Assembly (NCBI GenBank): GCA_000708835.1
Contig: DF236969.1
Coordinates: 186,001-250,000, forward strand
Reading direction: 5' to 3'
DNA: 64,000 nt
Origin: Klebsormidium nitens
Taxonomy: Eukaryota; Plantae; Klebsormidiophyceae
Positions 60,027 through 64,000 of the stretch are shown here, piece after piece. The number at the start of each line of letters is the position of its first letter. Positions within the stretch are counted from its first letter, which is position 1. The translations under genes were made by a program, and so were the position numbers. The notes under the pieces were generated by a model, which saw nothing but the letters and a program-made list of their open reading frames with translations, did no database searches and was not told where the DNA came from.

Positions 60027-63000
60027 ATGGAGCGCTCATCAAGCCAGTGCTTGATCTTAGACGGCTCTATCGGAAATGGGTGTACGTTGAGTTTGGGTGA
60101 CGCCTGTCCTGGCGGAAAATGGCAAAGCAGGTGCTTCCAGAGATCTCTTCCGTACTCCAAGCCGCATATGAAACGGATGTGTACTGCGCGGCTCTTGGTG
60201 CAAGCCGTGCTGATCAGGCAAGAGAAGACCTTTGAAAGCCCAAGTATTGCACCTGACTGCCTCTCAGGCTCCCATGATCAGCCAGACTCCAGCGTTGCCA
60301 TGACTGCCTGGCCGCTACACCTTCTTGAGCACTTGAAGCCTTCAGCTAGTGGTGCTCGGAGAATAGGCAGCCAGTACCCAAACCCTCATGCCGTCAGCTC
60401 TGAAGCCCGGTTTGCCGGGCCCACAGAAGCATCAAGCGCCGACGCGCCTGACTTGCTGACCATTCTGCAGACCCGCTTGCAGGCTGCGGCTCTGGAACGG
60501 TCCGTTGTAATCGCAGACAGGCGGCCGGTAGATCTGGAAGCACCTGGGAATCAGTCCTTGTCACCGGGCCATATTGGCGCCACTGTAGAGTCAGCCTTGA
60601 GTTCTGCAAAAGGGGCTGATCGCGACGTGGCATCTCCTTCCAATGGAATGCTGACACCACAGGATGATGCTAGTGACTCTGGGTTAGTTGATGGGTTGAG
60701 ACCTTCTTCGGAAGATTTTGCAGGGGAGGGGAAGGTGGCGGTCAGGATAGACCAAAAGAAGGGGGCCTCTAAGGAGATTTCTCATACGATAAGAAAGAGG
60801 CAGGCGCGCTGGATCAATCCTGACAAGTTGTCCAGCCAGCAGATTGAGGAGGGAAAGCTGGCGCCGGCAAAGGGAAAGAATGTCCAGCGGTCGAGGAGAA
60901 GTCCTGGCTCTGAAGCGGCAGACGATGGGCTGGTGGTAAGAAGCTTAGGCAAGCAGTCCAAAAGTTTCTCACTTGCTCGCGGAAGTCCTGTCGATGGTAA
61001 TCTTCAATCAGATGATCACTTGGGAAGCGGTGTGCCTAGTGGAAGAGAGCATGACGGAACGGCCAGCAGAGATACAAAGCTCCCGACGGGAAACGAAGAA
61101 CGCAGAATGGGACAAGTAGAGTTCAGTTCTGATCTGGCAGCGACACCGGTAGGACCGTCAGACTGCACAGCCAAAAGGCAGCTTGATCGGCGGAGGCAGA
61201 GCCACTGGAGTGCGAGCACCTCAAGCCCAACTTCCGACCCTGCCAAGCCGCTCCCGGCGTCCCTCGTCAGCACGTTCACCCTTCTTAACAATGAGGGGAG
61301 CGAGTCATTACCTGGGCTCATTGCTTCGCTCGGGCAACGAGACGATCTAGATGAACGGTCCTGGGGCTTGTTGGTGGGACAGCTGGCAGCGGCCGGGAAC
61401 CTGGAGGCTGCGCTGGAGTGTCATGAGAGCCTCGTGCAGCGGGGGGGGTGCATTTCCACCGCGGATGCACTGGACTTTATCAAGGCAATAGAGTGAGTTA
61501 TCAATGACTGTTAAACGTGACTCACGGACTTCCCAAAGTCAATAGTTGAGCGATCACTCTGCACACAAAGCTAGCGGGATCGGAGTGAGCTCAACCTAGG
61601 ACTTAGTCTTACTTTGTGGGGTCTGAGAAGTTCTCAAGCCCGAGCTATTTTGAGCTGTAAGTGATTATTACCAGGGCCATGCGGTATCGGGCTCTCAAAC
61701 AGGACTCGTCGTTCGATGCCTAATGCATAATTCTGTTTGCTGTACTTCACCGGTTGCGGTAATCTCGCAAAGCGGACAGCAGTGCCAAACACCGAACTAC
61801 TGACCGTTACTTACAGGTACCGTCGCAACACAAAGTCTCTGCTGACGGCGCTCAAGCAGTTCCGAGCTGCCCGGCGCTTGACGACGCCGATCTTCAACGC
61901 GTTCCTTGTGGCCTTCAACAAGGTACTTGGTGTCTTTCTCATTGAGAACAAACTTGAAGGACTTTATGTGGATCTTCAATGCCGAGTGGCCGAAAGCACC
62001 TCACCAGGTTCGTTCATGTTTAGTCATCAGAAGTCGAAATCAACCCACTGGAATGCAGGTCCTCCTCCTGTGTCAGCAACGGTACACGATCACTGAAAAT
62101 GTTCAGCACTTGTCGTCAAGCCTGCTATATCGCCTCCCTCCCTAGCTCATCTAGTATCTGCTCCAAGCAGCCTGCCTCTCCCGTCAAATCGTCAAAATCT
62201 CCTTCCTCTTCCTTTGCAGTGTGGAGAGCCACGACGCGCGGTGGTGATGTTCCACAAGCTGGGTGCGGCTGTTAAGGTGGACCACTCTAGTTACCACGAG
62301 GTGCTCAAGGCCTGCCAGGAGCTGCGCCTCTGGGAGACGGCCATGCACCTGCTCCGGGAAATGGAGGCCACCGGTGAGAATGCTCCGGTCCTGCTTGTGC
62401 TCCGTTCAGAAGCTCTATGGACGGTTCACTCTCATGTATCTTTGGGCTATGCTTCTCACTATTCAGGAGGTCCGAAATGGAGGCCACCGGTGAGACTGCC
62501 CGCATTTTCATTATTATGTCGCCTGACCAGACGTTCTCATGAGCATCATCAAACAGTTGATTGCTTCTACCTTGAGCATGTCTCAGTTCCTGATGCAATT
62601 CCCTGACATCGACCTTTGTAGAGGCATTCAAAGGCAAAATCCTCATCATGAGAAGGTCTAGATTTGATTTTCAGTGACTGATTTACGACCTTGTCCTGTC
62701 GAAGATCCTGCCTCGCTAAGTCTCTTCTGCAAACCTCACTTTGCTCGCTCCTGTGCAGAAACCTGGCCGGACGTTGCTGACTACACCATGGGCATCACGG
62801 CGTGCGCCAGGGCTCGCCAGTGGACCAAAGCGTTGGACCTGCTAGAGGTAAGCGGACGTAACCCGCTTAACCCAAACTCGATTGAGAGGGTATGTTTTGT
62901 TGATTCTACCATGCACTTTTAAACTCTCGTGCGTAATCTCAAGCAGCGGAGGAAATATGTGTTGGCTGGTGGAGCTGGCAACGCTGGGTGGAGAGCTCAA

Positions 63001-63731
63001 CGTTATCCTCATGACTGCATTTTGCCGATCTGCAGTTGCAGCTGGAAGGGCATCTCCTGACTTGTGCTCAGTAACGATCGGGTCTAGTGTGATAAAGAAA
63101 GTGGTCATTGTGGAAACGAAAGTTGTCGTAATCAGTGGGGTCGATACTATAGATCATGGCTGCAGTGTAAAGTGGTGGTTGTTGTATCTCCAACTACCGG
63201 ACTGGAAGAGAACAATCTAGGGCAGAGAGGTGAGGTTGAAACAAGATGATCATCCTTAGCGATTGGGACTCTCGCGGCTTTGCTGCTTCAAGCCGTAATT
63301 GTAATTGGAGTGAGAATCCGGGCCAAGTAGAGTTAGAGACGTCGCCAAATTCCCGTCGACCGAGCCCAAAAGCACTCTTGTTGTTGTCCCGTCTGCATCG
63401 TCTACATTGTTCCATCAATTCCGGTCCCCAAGCACAAAATTTCAGGGCAATCTTGTCTGCTCATCTATTTGCTCTCGCATAACGGTGAGCAAATCCATTA
63501 TGAATCCTTGCGTTTCCCTCATCACAGGTCATGGACCGAGTCGGCTGCCCGTGCAACACCGCTGCGATCAACTCCGCGATCAACGCGTGCGCGCGGGTTG
63601 GCGAATGGCAGCACGCGCTGCGCCTCCTCCTCCGGATGCGCGACCTGGGGCTGGCCCCGAACGTGGTGACGTGGAGCTCTCTGCTGACGGCATGTGGCCA
63701 GGGACCGGCCAGCTCAGGGGTCGTCAAGGAG
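60027..63731 (+). CDS. Pentatricopeptide repeat (P-class PPR) protein; 3' end probably lies beyond the window
   Basis: Long low-complexity exon to 61492, then exons 61818-61922, 62219-62373, 62758-62847, 63529-63731 in phase. PPR motifs: SWGLLVGQLAAAGNLEAALE, YHEVLKACQELRLWETAMHLLREM, YTMGITACARARQWTKALDLL, INSAINACARVGEWQHALRLLLRMRDLGLAPNVVTWSSLLTAC. Start codon uncertain. Confidence 0.88.
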
Positions 63732-64000
63732 GTAAGCGGGCCTCATTTCTGTTGCATCTTCGCAGTTTATGTCCGGAAAAATTCTCTGCAACGGTTGGTA
63801 TATTCTGGGCACGCTTATGCAGAATTTTTCGTTGGCAGTTGAAGAGCGTTGATGTTATGTTTCTTCGAGATGCTGATCGGGCGGACTTGTTTGAGTATCA
63901 GACTTAAAAACGACGGCGAGTAGTCTAGCTACAGCCGCAATTGTGCCCGTCTTAGCCCCGCACTTCGTTTGGAATACTTACTTCACACAAGTGACGAGAA

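Overview
Eukaryotic, intron-rich nuclear DNA with GC-rich exons and mostly 100-700 bp introns. The gene set combines land-plant-type proteins (TRS130/TRAPPC10, homeobox-DDT RINGLET, peroxisomal adenine nucleotide carrier, GDSL lipase, PPR) with a flagellar radial-spoke gene. This points to a flagellated streptophyte, plausibly a Klebsormidium-like alga (inference). I reconstructed nine protein-coding genes by hand from splice sites and remembered family alignments: RSP3 (-, partial), MYND-finger protein (+), TRAPPC10 (-), Furry/MOR2-like (+), GDSL lipase (-), RLT-like (-), SAM methyltransferase (+), PNC carrier (-) and PPR protein (+, partial). Eight of them form four head-to-head pairs. I saw no rRNA, tRNA, CRISPR array or intact transposase/RT ORF, and no clear-cut new multi-gene system. 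The best leads are: (1) a splice- or frameshift-dependent switch between an acidic and a basic C-terminal tail in the RLT gene; (2) a short cryptic intron whose retention would delete a MYND finger; (3) long mixed purine/pyrimidine-alternating tracts clustered in the four long intergenic spacers; (4) several GC-AG introns; (5) short duplications of exon-intron boundaries; (6) a possible unannotated TATA-driven unit or solo LTR at about 33 kb. All family assignments come from motif recall, not database searches.
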